36,839 nt of DNA from a virus (taxonomy: Duplodnaviria > Caudoviricetes): IMG/VR virus record IMGVR_UViG_3300020161_002221, positions 1-36,839 of that record; one strand, written 5' to 3'. The notes under the pieces are model-generated. The model saw only the letters and a program-made list of their open reading frames with translations. It searched no databases and was not told the DNA's origin. Shown piece after piece: positions 1 to 7,731 of this stretch (the stretch's first letter is position 1; every line of letters begins with the position of its first letter). Made by a program: the position numbers and the translations under genes.

Positions 1-20
1 GGCCCCGTCCGTTGTTCCGA

Positions 21-692
21 TCAGGCCACCGCCTTCTCGGATTCCAGCTTGTCGTCGTTCCAGACTTCCTCACCGACCGCCACCCTCTCGGCATTCTTCA
101 GCCGGTTGCGCAGGACGTTCCCGAGATTCATCCGCTGCTGGCCGACGTTCAGATGCCCCCACCGGGCTCCCACGTCGATGTTGTTCTGGTGTCCGATTTC
201 GCGGAGCTTCACCATGTCGGTTCCGGTCTTCGTCTTCACCAGCTTCGCGAAGACATCGGCCATTTCGTCGCCGCAGCTTCCGCCGTGTTGCTTGTAGAGC
301 TTCTTGAAGTGATCGGGGACGATGGTGCCCTTCTTCGCGGGCTTCTCCTCGTCTTCCGTCTCGGCGGATTCCTCGACCGTCTCGGCGGATTCCTCGACCG
401 TCTCGGCGGATTCCTCGACCGGCTTCTCCGTCTCGGCGGATTCCTCCGTCTCGGCGGATTCCTCGACCGGCTTCTCTACATTCGCGGCGGCTTCCGCCTC
501 CGCCTTCGCGGCGGCTTCCGCGATCCGCGCCGCATTCCGCGCGGCGATGGCTTCCATCGTCTGCTCCGCCTCGGCTTCCTCCGACACCGGCTGCTCGACG
601 GTGTTCTCCACGGTGTTCTCCACGGTGTTCTCCACGGTGTTCTCCTGCGTCTCAGCCGCGTTGTTCGTGCGGTTGCGGTTCTTACGGGCCAT
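21..692 (-). CDS. Hypothetical protein with an acidic low-complexity N-terminus and a conserved C-terminal domain (paralog of 5608-6126)
   Basis: 223-aa ORF with RBS ACAACGAGGAG and a promoter upstream. It has E-rich repeats, and the C-terminal motif CGD...RMNLGNVLR...VWN is shared with 5608-6126. Confidence 0.85.
   Translation of the reverse strand: MARKNRNRTNNAAETQENTVENTVENTVENTVEQPVSEEAEAEQTMEAIAARNAARIAEAAAKAEAEAAANVEKPVEESAETEESAETEKPVEESAETVEESAETVEESAETEDEEKPAKKGTIVPDHFKKLYKQHGGSCGDEMADVFAKLVKTKTGTDMVKLREIGHQNNIDVGARWGHLNVGQQRMNLGNVLRNRLKNAERVAVGEEVWNDDKLESEKAVA
358..468. repeat. In-frame 21-bp tandem repeat (x3, plus degenerate copies) encoding VEESAET
   Basis: GTCTCGGCGGATTCCTCGACC at 358-378, 379-399 and 400-420, with partial copies to about 468. 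Confidence 0.95.
599..645. repeat. In-frame 12-bp tandem repeat (about x4) encoding ENTV
   Basis: CGGTGTTCTCCA repeated. Confidence 0.95.
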
Positions 693-737
693 CGGCCTAT
701 CTCCTCGTTGTTAGCGACACCATCTGCCGCAGGACCA

Positions 738-766
738 ACCATACCACGCCGCGTCGCTCAATACAA
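738..766 (-). promoter_or_regulatory. Sigma70-like extended -10 promoter
   Basis: Minus strand reads TTGTAT-17bp-TATGGT with TG at the extended position, upstream of the RBS for 21-692. Confidence 0.65.
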
Positions 767-937
767 CCCGACATTCCATGCGCTCCGCGCAATGCATTCC
801 GGCGCTCAACGCATATTCCAAATGGAATCGGTTCCGAAATACCTGTTTCGAGACAGTTCCTCGGCTCTCAGCCACGCCTCCCAGGGGGCGCTTTCGGGGT
901 ACTTACGGATTTTAATTATGCAGTGTTGCGTAACCGG

Positions 938-997
938 TTATCGGGGCGGATCTTTATTCCTGACCCGATAGACCGAAATGTTTTTATTCTTAAGCAT
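938..997 (-). CDS. Possible 19-aa peptide or truncated gene
   Basis: AAGGAGG RBS (1002-1008) precedes the ATG at 997, giving MLKNKNISVYRVRNKDPPR*. The frame stays open after the TAA down to 806. Confidence 0.3.
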   Translation of the reverse strand: MLKNKNISVYRVRNKDPPR

Positions 998-1040
998 AGA
1001 ACCTCCTTTCTAGGCTGCGTGATTGCGGCCCATAGTGGAA

Positions 1041-1064
1041 GGGGCGAACATTAATGCCCGCCCC
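1041..1064 (-). terminator. GC-rich hairpin (terminator or stabiliser), no U-tail
   Basis: Minus RNA GGGGCGGGCA-UUAA-UGUUCGCCCC, with G-U pairs, downstream of 1090-1359. Confidence 0.6.
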
Positions 1065-1089
1065 CTGTGGCTATGGGTCGCCTATTCTC

Positions 1090-1359
1090 TTAAGCGTCGT
1101 GGTAGCCGCGCCCGGAACCGTTCGTCCAGGCTTCACCTTCCTCCGGGCTCATCATTTTGGCGATGTGCCATTCCTTTTTAAGACCGATGGAATTCATGTA
1201 ACAGTAGTCAGAGCCGCTGCGGACCTCCCAACCACTCTCTGCAGTGATCTTCTCCCAATCGGTTTTGGCCCACGCAATAGCTTCTTCCTCCGTTGTGAAT
1301 GGACCAATTACATCATGGCCGAATCCCAGATCTTCTTCATATTTGATTACCGTGTACAT
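1090..1359 (-). CDS. Hypothetical protein
   Basis: 89-aa ORF with a GAGGAG RBS, co-oriented in the early arm. Confidence 0.8.
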   Translation of the reverse strand: MYTVIKYEEDLGFGHDVIGPFTTEEEAIAWAKTDWEKITAESGWEVRSGSDYCYMNSIGLKKEWHIAKMMSPEEGEAWTNGSGRGYHDA

Positions 1360-1372
1360 AACGGTGTTCTCC

Positions 1373-1738
1373 TCACTTCACGAGCTTCGGCATCGCTGCC
1401 GGATGGACAAAGATTTCTGCCCTACGAGGATAAGTATTGGTGACTAGAATCATATCACCCGGCTGCAGAGGTTGTTCAAAGCCGTAGTCGTAAACGACTC
1501 TTTCAAGCTTATCACAGTTGATGTAATTGTCTCCATTGGCGGAATGAACAGAGGCCGTTTCTCCACCTCGGTGGAAATGGACCTCTTTTACATTGGCATC
1601 GTGCCAGTTACCTCCGCATCGGGCCTTCTCACCAACGTGCACTGGGATCTTCATCGGACGGAGCTTACGCTCACTGCAGACCTTCTTTGCCCACTCAGGC
1701 AGGTCGCGAAACGGAATTTGAATGTCGGTCATTGGCAT
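1373..1738 (-). CDS. Hypothetical protein
   Basis: 121-aa ORF with a GGAGAGAG RBS. Confidence 0.8.
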   Translation of the reverse strand: MPMTDIQIPFRDLPEWAKKVCSERKLRPMKIPVHVGEKARCGGNWHDANVKEVHFHRGGETASVHSANGDNYINCDKLERVVYDYGFEQPLQPGDMILVTNTYPRRAEIFVHPAAMPKLVK

Positions 1739-1769
1739 GTTCTCTCTCCATGCGTTGTGGTGGAAAATC

Positions 1770-1808
1770 CCACCCCTGAGCGAACCTCATCGATTCGCTC
1801 AGGGGTGG
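1770..1808. repeat. Long inverted repeat, copy 1 of a conserved hairpin element
   Basis: CCACCCCTGAGCGAA-(9 nt)-TTCGCTCAGGGGTGG, a perfect 15-bp stem. Confidence 0.9.
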
Positions 1809-1835
1809 AAGGGGAATTAACCCCTCCCGTTGTTA

Positions 1836-2063
1836 TTATTTGCTGAGTGTATTAGCCAACTTTTCAGCGCCTTTGAGAAGTCCTTCGACGCGGGGATCGG
1901 TGGTGCACATCGCCTCCAGAATGGCGTTCTTCTCCTTGGAACGCCTGAGGGTAAATTCCTCACCGTCGCGAACGGTGACCGCGTATTCAGTCTTGAGCGC
2001 GTCCGTGACGAGCTTCTCAGCCACCATCCGCTCGATGGAGAGGGGATTGTCCTTAAGTGCCAT
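1836..2063 (-). CDS. Hypothetical phage protein
   Basis: 75-aa ORF. Its AAGGGAG RBS lies inside the end of the upstream gene. Confidence 0.75.
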   Translation of the reverse strand: MALKDNPLSIERMVAEKLVTDALKTEYAVTVRDGEEFTLRRSKEKNAILEAMCTTDPRVEGLLKGAEKLANTLSK

Positions 2064-2065
2064 GA

Positions 2066-2857
2066 TTATTCTCCCTTAAAGAAGCCGTGATGAATCATCT
2101 CATCGACGGTCAGATTGCAGGTGCCGCTAAACTCGCCGTCATCTTTCAGTACCATCCGCCACCTGCTGACTATCTTAATCTTCGATGGGTTAGCGATGTG
2201 GTAGACATCAGAAGGGATCAGAGGGTCTTTGGTATTCCTCCACACTACGCAATCGCCCTCTCCTCGTAATTGGGCGTCCCTTGCCTTATTATCGTCAGGG
2301 GCTGGACATATATCTGGATCTCTGATTTTCGAATCGGTAATCAGTCTAGCCGCAATCCCGTCAATCAGATTATCAGATTCAATGACGACTGCATACAGAG
2401 TCGGATTAAATCCAGGTCGCCCCCACAAATTTCCGCTAACGTCCGCGAATCCTTGGGCGACTATCGGATCAGTGGAGAAGAAATTATTGTTGCTATCGAA
2501 TTCGTCGAACCAGTTGGAGCTTCCATGGAATAGTATGACGGGTTCCCCTCCGATGCTTGCCTGGGTCTGAATTCGAGGAATTTCCAGCCCAGGAATTTTA
2601 GTGAGCGGGTTGAAGCGAGCGGCGTCCTGATTCTCGCTATGGGGTCCGTCCGGATACCCCGGTAGATTCTTGAAGAATGACCTACCTTCCCAACAATATG
2701 CGAGCAAGCTGCTGGATGGTGGTATTTTATCCATCCACCACTTAGCGTAGGCTTCCTGGTAAGTGGAGTACCTCTGCTTGCACGTAGCCATGATCGGTTC
2801 CATCTCTTCCCCGGTTATGAGGGGGAGAGGACGTTGCATTTGTATCATTTTTATCAT
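2066..2857 (-). CDS. Putative ADP-ribosyltransferase-fold protein (ART-PolyVal-like)
   Basis: Start re-assigned to the ATG at 2857, behind ACAACGAGG. The motif LFHGS...FDEF...FFSTD...A..FA resembles the HGT/S...F.T.....A..Y signature of ART-like domains. Confidence 0.5.
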   Translation of the reverse strand: MIKMIQMQRPLPLITGEEMEPIMATCKQRYSTYQEAYAKWWMDKIPPSSSLLAYCWEGRSFFKNLPGYPDGPHSENQDAARFNPLTKIPGLEIPRIQTQASIGGEPVILFHGSSNWFDEFDSNNNFFSTDPIVAQGFADVSGNLWGRPGFNPTLYAVVIESDNLIDGIAARLITDSKIRDPDICPAPDDNKARDAQLRGEGDCVVWRNTKDPLIPSDVYHIANPSKIKIVSRWRMVLKDDGEFSGTCNLTVDEMIHHGFFKGE

Positions 2858-2883
2858 TTTTACCTCGTTGTTGAGCGTGCTGT

Positions 2884-2912
2884 ATCGTAGCACAAGACGA
2901 GTGGACGCACCA
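2884..2912 (-). promoter_or_regulatory. Sigma70-like extended -10 promoter
   Basis: TGGTGC-17bp-TACGAT with TGC immediately before the -10. Confidence 0.6.
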
Positions 2913-2923
2913 CCATACGTTTT

Positions 2924-2949
2924 GGGCGGCGAGGTTGCTCCCGCCGCCC
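2924..2949 (-). terminator. GC-rich hairpin, no U-tail
   Basis: GGGCGGCGGG-AGCAAC-CUCGCCGCCC downstream of 2974-3270. Confidence 0.6.
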
Positions 2950-2973
2950 TATCCACGCCATCGCTGTTGGCAA

Positions 2974-3270
2974 TCAAGCCTTGAAGCGTTCGCCATCCGC
3001 GTTGAGAACGTAATCGCGCTTGTCCAGTTCCTGGGCGCGCTTCCGGTGGTCCTGCATGTAAGGACCCCATTCAGTTACGTTTCCGTACGTGTCCAGTTCT
3101 GCCACGAAGTGGACTCGTTGCTTGCCGTCCAGGCGGTTGTACACGTAGTGAAGTTCGATCCGGTAATCGACCTTATTGATGATGTTGAACCGGACCCCTT
3201 GCATCCTCAGAGAGTCAATGACCTCTTTAGCTGCTGGCGGAATTTTCCAAGACCTTGAACCTTGAACCAT
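2974..3270 (-). CDS. Hypothetical protein (paralog of 8697-8975)
   Basis: Shares VDxRxELH, FVAExDxYGNVxxWG and LDxRDxxLNADGE with 8697-8975. Confidence 0.85.
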   Translation of the reverse strand: MVQGSRSWKIPPAAKEVIDSLRMQGVRFNIINKVDYRIELHYVYNRLDGKQRVHFVAELDTYGNVTEWGPYMQDHRKRAQELDKRDYVLNADGERFKA

Positions 3271-3296
3271 TTTAAGTTTCCCCTGTTCAGACTTAC

Positions 3297-3320
3297 CGGG
3301 GAGGCACCATTGCCTCCCCG
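3297..3320 (-). terminator. Perfect GC-rich hairpin after the GHKL gene
   Basis: Plus strand CGGGGAGGCA-CCAT-TGCCTCCCCG. Confidence 0.6.
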
Positions 3321-3330
3321 ATCCCCTAGC

Positions 3331-4908
3331 TCAGGCCCGAAGGGACTGAGCTTCACGCAGGACCTTCCAATCAAGGAAGTGCGCGTCGATGGAACTCAAC
3401 GTGTAAGCGAAGTCCTCGTTGTGGGACATGCTGATCACGTGAGCGACTTCGTGCTTGGCATCGCTCATCATCTGCTTGAGCGACGATGCGTCTCGCAGAC
3501 GGAACCTCATCTTGCCTTCTCCGTTGATCGGATTGACCAGGAAGTGGTAACCATCTGCGCCGCGATCAGCCATCGCAAGGGCGTCGTCTTCAAACACCCA
3601 TCCAATGGACCAAACCACATCGTAGGCCCGTCCGCAGTCAATCAGCGCCCGAACTGCCTGCTCGCACATGTACTTCCACATCATAAGGAGGCGAACCTGC
3701 TCCTCACCCTGCGTCCAGGCCACCCTTCCGTTCTTGATCACGTAACGCCAGTTGGCCGGGCGGTACTTCTCAGAGGCGGAGATGATCTTCTTATTGGCGG
3801 TGTTGCGCAGGAACACGATAGACGGGAGAGGACTGAACGCATCCTCAATGTCCGGGTTCCTGATCATCAATTTCGCCAACCTCTCTCGTTGGGACATGGA
3901 AAGATCCAGATAGTCAATCTTCTGGACCTCGGCTCGGAGAGCCTCCACATCACCAGCAAACTGCATCTCGGAGATCGAGACAAGGTGCCGTTCTCCAGCG
4001 GGCTCGTCTCTACTCTCGCCAGTACCAGTCACTGGCTTGATGCTCCTAATCATTCCCGAGCCATTACTGCGTGTCTTGACCTTGTTCTTGTCAGACTTAA
4101 TGGCTCGACTGGTATTGCTGGTAAGCTCATCGCGATAGGCAGCGACTGCGCGCCGGTACTTGTCGTGGAGACTATCGCGACTCGCCGTCAGAATCTCTCG
4201 GCTGCGTTTCGGATCAAGCTCGATGGTGATCCGGTGAGGTACTCCGACGTATTCTCGGTACATCAACGTGCCGTTCACCCTGACCAGCATGTAGTAATCC
4301 ATTTCACCCTTGGTGACATGGACGCTGGCAAAAGGTGTGTCTTCACCTTCCGCAGTAAGGTCGCGAACGTGGCTGCCGATAGGGAGCGAGATATTGTTGA
4401 TCTCTTCCCGGTTGAGCTTCACCGTTGTCTTCAGAGCCGACGCCCTGATGTAGTCCTTAAGGTGGAGAGTCATCGATGACTCCGATGTATCGTCCATCAT
4501 AATTTCCAGACGGCACCCATCCACCTTCTCGTCCAGCTTCATCAGTTCGTAGCTGGCTCCGGACCCATCCACGTAATTGTCCTGGGTCCAGATCTTGTAA
4601 TACATCATCGAGAAGCAGGTGAGGATTCGGGCTCGACCGAAGCCGCCGATTCCCGAGCTACCGTCCTTAGTGGACTTCCCGAGCGAGAAGTAGACGTTGC
4701 TCAGCACATCTTCCGACATGCCGCACCCGTTATCAGAGAAGGTGATCTTGAGGTCTTCACCGACCGATTCGGTGATGATTTCCACCTCAGTAGAACCAGC
4801 GTCCACCGAGTTCTGGATCAGTTCACGCCAGAAGGCGAAGCGCCATGTGGAGTAAACCGTGTTGCGCTCTTTCGTGAAGAATTCGCGCGGAATCGTAATC
4901 GTAGGCAT
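3331..4908 (-). CDS. GHKL (Hsp90/MutL/gyrase B-like) ATPase domain protein
   Basis: N-box RELIQNSVDA, G1 DNGCGM and G2 GKSTK...GGFG are present. Start is the ATG at 4908 behind GGAGAG. C-terminal HEVAH is an HExxH-like motif. Confidence 0.85.
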   Translation of the reverse strand: MPTITIPREFFTKERNTVYSTWRFAFWRELIQNSVDAGSTEVEIITESVGEDLKITFSDNGCGMSEDVLSNVYFSLGKSTKDGSSGIGGFGRARILTCFSMMYYKIWTQDNYVDGSGASYELMKLDEKVDGCRLEIMMDDTSESSMTLHLKDYIRASALKTTVKLNREEINNISLPIGSHVRDLTAEGEDTPFASVHVTKGEMDYYMLVRVNGTLMYREYVGVPHRITIELDPKRSREILTASRDSLHDKYRRAVAAYRDELTSNTSRAIKSDKNKVKTRSNGSGMIRSIKPVTGTGESRDEPAGERHLVSISEMQFAGDVEALRAEVQKIDYLDLSMSQRERLAKLMIRNPDIEDAFSPLPSIVFLRNTANKKIISASEKYRPANWRYVIKNGRVAWTQGEEQVRLLMMWKYMCEQAVRALIDCGRAYDVVWSIGWVFEDDALAMADRGADGYHFLVNPINGEGKMRFRLRDASSLKQMMSDAKHEVAHVISMSHNEDFAYTLSSIDAHFLDWKVLREAQSLRA

Positions 4909-4930
4909 CGCTCTCTCCAATGCTATGTGC

Positions 4931-4959
4931 AGTATACCACACCATGTGGTGCGGCGCAA
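4931..4959 (-). promoter_or_regulatory. Sigma70-like extended -10 promoter
   Basis: TTGCGC-17bp-TATACT with TGG before the -10. Confidence 0.75.
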
Positions 4960-4979
4960 GGCAGGATTACCTTGGTGGA

Positions 4980-5003
4980 CGGGAGGGGACTGCGCCCCTC
5001 CCG
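4980..5003 (-). terminator. GC-rich hairpin, no U-tail
   Basis: Minus RNA CGGGAGGGG-CGCAGU-CCCCUCCCG after the stop of 5011-5232. Confidence 0.6.
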
Positions 5004-5010
5004 GTTAGAA

Positions 5011-5232
5011 TCAAACGCCGCCAAGGGCTGCGGCGAAATCAACGGCAGAACCGGTCCAACCGATTTTCCGCATCTGATTCACGTTCGCGTGAAGCTTGAC
5101 CGGATACCAAGCACACCAATCGGGGCATGCACCTCCAGCGTTTTGCCTCCAAAACTCCGCAGCCAGCCTCTCGCTGCCAGCTTGAACTGTCTTGAGGCCG
5201 TGAGCCTCAGAGAAAACCGCGTAGTACTTCAT
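5011..5232 (-). CDS. Hypothetical protein
   Basis: 73-aa ORF behind ACAACGAGG (5241-5249). Confidence 0.75.
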   Translation of the reverse strand: MKYYAVFSEAHGLKTVQAGSERLAAEFWRQNAGGACPDWCAWYPVKLHANVNQMRKIGWTGSAVDFAAALGGV

Positions 5233-5260
5233 TGTATTATCCTCGTTGTGGTGAGATGAT

Positions 5261-5305
5261 TCCCACCCCCGAGCGAACCCATTACAGATTCGTTCGGGGG
5301 TGGGA
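5261..5305. repeat. Long inverted repeat, copy 2 of the conserved hairpin element
   Basis: TCCCACCCCCGAGCGAA-(11 nt)-TTCGTTCGGGGGTGGGA, 17 bp with one non-Watson-Crick position. Confidence 0.9.
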
Positions 5306-5325
5306 GGGAGCCGTAGCCCCCTCCC
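5302..5325 (-). terminator. cUACGg tetraloop hairpin
   Basis: GGGAGGGGGC-UACG-GCUCCCUCCC on the minus RNA. Confidence 0.65.
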
Positions 5326-5331
5326 GATTGA

Positions 5332-5553
5332 TCAGCCTTCGACCTTAAGCCAACGGCCATCGGTCTGCTTCGCGTACTTCTGACCTCGCCCCATCCCCAG
5401 GCCGACACCAAACCTTTCGTGGGTCTTGGGGTGCATCAGCGCCCAACCGGAACCCGCGATCTTTCCATCCACGAACGTATTCGTGATCGGCGTTTTCATG
5501 ACTTGGCATTCAGTCGGAATCTCGCTGAACCAGTAAACTTCTCGCTTATTCAT
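5332..5553 (-). CDS. Hypothetical phage protein
   Basis: ATG at 5553 behind AGGAGAG. Contains FVDGK..GSGWALM...GxGLGxGRGQKY. Confidence 0.8.
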   Translation of the reverse strand: MNKREVYWFSEIPTECQVMKTPITNTFVDGKIAGSGWALMHPKTHERFGVGLGMGRGQKYAKQTDGRWLKVEG

Positions 5554-5571
5554 GACTCTCTCCTGCAAAGT

Positions 5572-5595
5572 GGGAAGGGCGATATTGCCCTTCCC
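5572..5595 (-). terminator. GC-rich hairpin
   Basis: GGGAAGGGC-AAUAUC-GCCCUUCCC on the minus RNA. Confidence 0.6.
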
Positions 5596-5607
5596 TTCGT
5601 AAACGGC

Positions 5608-6126
5608 TCAGGCGGCTTCCGGCTTCGTGTCCCTGTTCCAGACGTAACTGCCGACCACCACGTATTCGCCGCGCTTGATGCGACCCCGAAGAACGTTACC
5701 GAGATTCATCCGGACCATGCCAGGGTTACGTCCTTCCCAACGATCGGTAGGGATTGCGTTCTGCTCCATGACTTCATAGACGTCATGACCCTTGAGGACT
5801 TCTGCGACGTCATCCCCGCAGTTATCCTGACCGATTTCCTGTCGGTAACGGGTCTTGTAGCTGTCCGGAACTACGGAGCGCTTCACCTGAATCCAGATCT
5901 TCGCCTGTTCGGCGTGATGGATCAGCATGTCTCGCTCAATTGCCACCGGCAACTTCACACCAACCGCCAAGAGGGCGGCTCGAATCTCTTCATCGCTATT
6001 CGTAGCGCTGACCGTGATCTTCTGATCGGGTTCTCCAGCGGTCGGAGGAATGATCTCAACAGGGGTGATTCCGGTGAGAACCTCACCCTCGATTTTCTTG
6101 ACGATCTTCTTCGGCTTGTTGGCCAT
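5608..6126 (-). CDS. Hypothetical protein (paralog of 21-692)
   Basis: C-terminal VVPDxYK...CGD...RMNLGNVLR...VWN. Confidence 0.85.
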   Translation of the reverse strand: MANKPKKIVKKIEGEVLTGITPVEIIPPTAGEPDQKITVSATNSDEEIRAALLAVGVKLPVAIERDMLIHHAEQAKIWIQVKRSVVPDSYKTRYRQEIGQDNCGDDVAEVLKGHDVYEVMEQNAIPTDRWEGRNPGMVRMNLGNVLRGRIKRGEYVVVGSYVWNRDTKPEAA

Positions 6127-6149
6127 GATTGCTTCTCTCTCGCGAAAAT

Positions 6150-6175
6150 GGGGACAGGTACCATTACCCGTCCCC
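6150..6175 (-). terminator. GC-rich hairpin
   Basis: GGGGACGGGUA-AUGG-UACCUGUCCCC with one G-U pair, followed by AUUUU. Confidence 0.6.
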
Positions 6176-6183
6176 TGATGAAC

Positions 6184-6477
6184 TTACTGGAAAAAAGCGG
6201 TGGTCACCATCGTGTAACACCGCTTCATTTGCCGCTGAGCGATGGTAACTCGATTGCCCCAGCAACCGACCATTCGCTCCCAGCGACGATGGCGACGTCG
6301 AGCGTCATTGAACAGCACCATGATGTCCGCATGAAAAGCATTGCGACCGGCAGTCAGGTACTGCTGCTCCATGTCCATTGCTCGCTTCATACCGGCTTCC
6401 ATCTTCCGGTATTTGGCTTCTGCTGCCTTGTAATTGGCCACTGCCCACTTGATAACGTGGTCGTTGTGTTGAGTCAT
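6184..6477 (-). CDS. Hypothetical basic protein
   Basis: ATG at 6477 behind GAGAGAGG. Confidence 0.7.
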   Translation of the reverse strand: MTQHNDHVIKWAVANYKAAEAKYRKMEAGMKRAMDMEQQYLTAGRNAFHADIMVLFNDARRRHRRWERMVGCWGNRVTIAQRQMKRCYTMVTTAFFQ

Positions 6478-6478
6478 G

Positions 6479-6766
6479 TTAGCCTCTCTCGCTGAACGGG
6501 TTGAAGTGACGCATGCAGGCATTACACCTGCAATTGGAGTAGGTCGGCTTCCTGTTCTTGTAGAACATAGCCTCCCACCCAATCTTGTACTCCCTCCATT
6601 GCTCGGGGAGCATCGTACCGGTATAGATGGCCGTCATTGGCATGGGGTCGCTCGCCAAGCGCCTTCTGGGCGAGTACCAGCGCTTGAAAGCTTTCTCAGC
6701 CTCCCACTTCGTGGGAGCCGGTATCCCTACCGGCTTCCCACCATACTGCCACACGTGGGCGAGCAT
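6479..6766 (-). CDS. Hypothetical protein with a CxCxxC motif
   Basis: 95 aa. The start overlaps the upstream stop (TGATG). Contains NCRCNAC. Confidence 0.7.
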   Translation of the reverse strand: MLAHVWQYGGKPVGIPAPTKWEAEKAFKRWYSPRRRLASDPMPMTAIYTGTMLPEQWREYKIGWEAMFYKNRKPTYSNCRCNACMRHFNPFSERG

Positions 6767-7134
6767 CAGAATCCGACCTCAACCTGAGCGGATTCAATCA
6801 GTCGCAGACGGAGCTTGCTGCCCATCTCCTTCTCCTGTTCCATCCAGAGTGTAAGAGCTTCGGCGGCGGTGCCGTTGATCTTCACCCAAACGAACGGGGA
6901 CTCGTTGGCGAAGCTCTTGATCTCCCACTCCAGCTTTTCGCCGTCTTCGAAGTGGACGGGTGCAATGCACGAGAAATCCCCGTCATCGGATTTGAGGGCG
7001 TCGTTGCCATACTTGAACTCATCGTGCCCGATGAAATCCTTCATCCGGGAGTACGCCGTGTCGCGGTTCCCATACAGCGAGATCACGTGGCAACCGTCCA
7101 CGTACTCGTTCGTATGCATCCACAAAGTAATCAT
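6766..7134 (-). CDS. Hypothetical protein
   Basis: ATG at 7134 behind GAGAGAGG. Confidence 0.75.
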   Translation of the reverse strand: MITLWMHTNEYVDGCHVISLYGNRDTAYSRMKDFIGHDEFKYGNDALKSDDGDFSCIAPVHFEDGEKLEWEIKSFANESPFVWVKINGTAAEALTLWMEQEKEMGSKLRLRLIESAQVEVGF

Positions 7135-7186
7135 CGTCAGCCTCTCTCGCTGAATGGGGAGGACACCCTGTTCTCCCCGGTTTGAA

Positions 7187-7564
7187 TTAGTAGTGGCCCG
7201 CCATCCGATCCAACTGACGGCGTTCTGCCGCGCATTCTGCCTCATATTCGGCGTCGTCCTTGAGCGACTGCAGACCGGCCTTCTGGTCGTCGGTCACGCA
7301 CCGCTCTTCGACTGGTACCAGAATCACGCGCAGGCCCTTGCAGACCTCGCACTGCTGGTCGTACTTACCGTTGAGGTAATCCTCCTTTTCCTCCTCGGAC
7401 CAATCGGGACTATTCCACTCATCGGCGGTGATCGCACCGATGGCGTGGGAATGCTTCCCCTTACCACGGCAACGCCCGCAGACTTCGTATTCGGCAGGGA
7501 CCCGGACTTCCCGAGTTTCTTCCGTCTCGCGGTCCGTGATCTGCACGCAAATAAACTCAGCCAT
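7187..7564 (-). CDS. DnaJ-type zinc-finger (CxxCxGxG) protein
   Basis: CGRCRGKG and CEVCKGLR motifs, with an ACAACGAGG RBS. Confidence 0.8.
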   Translation of the reverse strand: MAEFICVQITDRETEETREVRVPAEYEVCGRCRGKGKHSHAIGAITADEWNSPDWSEEEKEDYLNGKYDQQCEVCKGLRVILVPVEERCVTDDQKAGLQSLKDDAEYEAECAAERRQLDRMAGHY

Positions 7565-7603
7565 TATCTTGTTCCTCGTTGTTACGCATCGCGCGCCAAG
7601 ACC

Positions 7604-7632
7604 ATCCTAGCACGCGGGGTGACGCCCTGCCA
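7604..7632 (-). promoter_or_regulatory. Sigma70-like extended -10 promoter
   Basis: TGGCAG-17bp-TAGGAT with TGC before the -10. Confidence 0.6.
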
Positions 7633-7665
7633 CCCCCTGTTAGCCTCACGGTGTTGCGAGGCGAA

Positions 7666-7712
7666 CAGGGGGAAGCAGGGGGAAGCAGGGGGAAGCAGGG
7701 GGAAGCAGGGGG
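7666..7712. repeat. Intergenic 10-bp tandem repeat with five G5 tracts
   Basis: (CAGGGGGAAG)x4 followed by CAGGGGG. Confidence 0.95.
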
Positions 7713-7731
7713 CCGAAGCCCCCTCCCGTTG

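Noticed and set aside
12-971. 319-aa plus-strand ORF (also 322-714)
   Set aside because: Antisense shadow of the repetitive gene 21-692, with no RBS and no recognisable motifs.
2858-3070. N-terminal extension of the 334-aa ORF
   Set aside because: Overlaps another gene, a hairpin and a promoter. The RBS supports the start at 2857.
3262-4479. 405-aa plus-strand ORF
   Set aside because: Antisense to the GHKL gene, and explained by codon bias on the coding strand.
5419-6495. 358-aa plus-strand ORF
   Set aside because: Overlaps three RBS-supported minus-strand genes and their hairpins.
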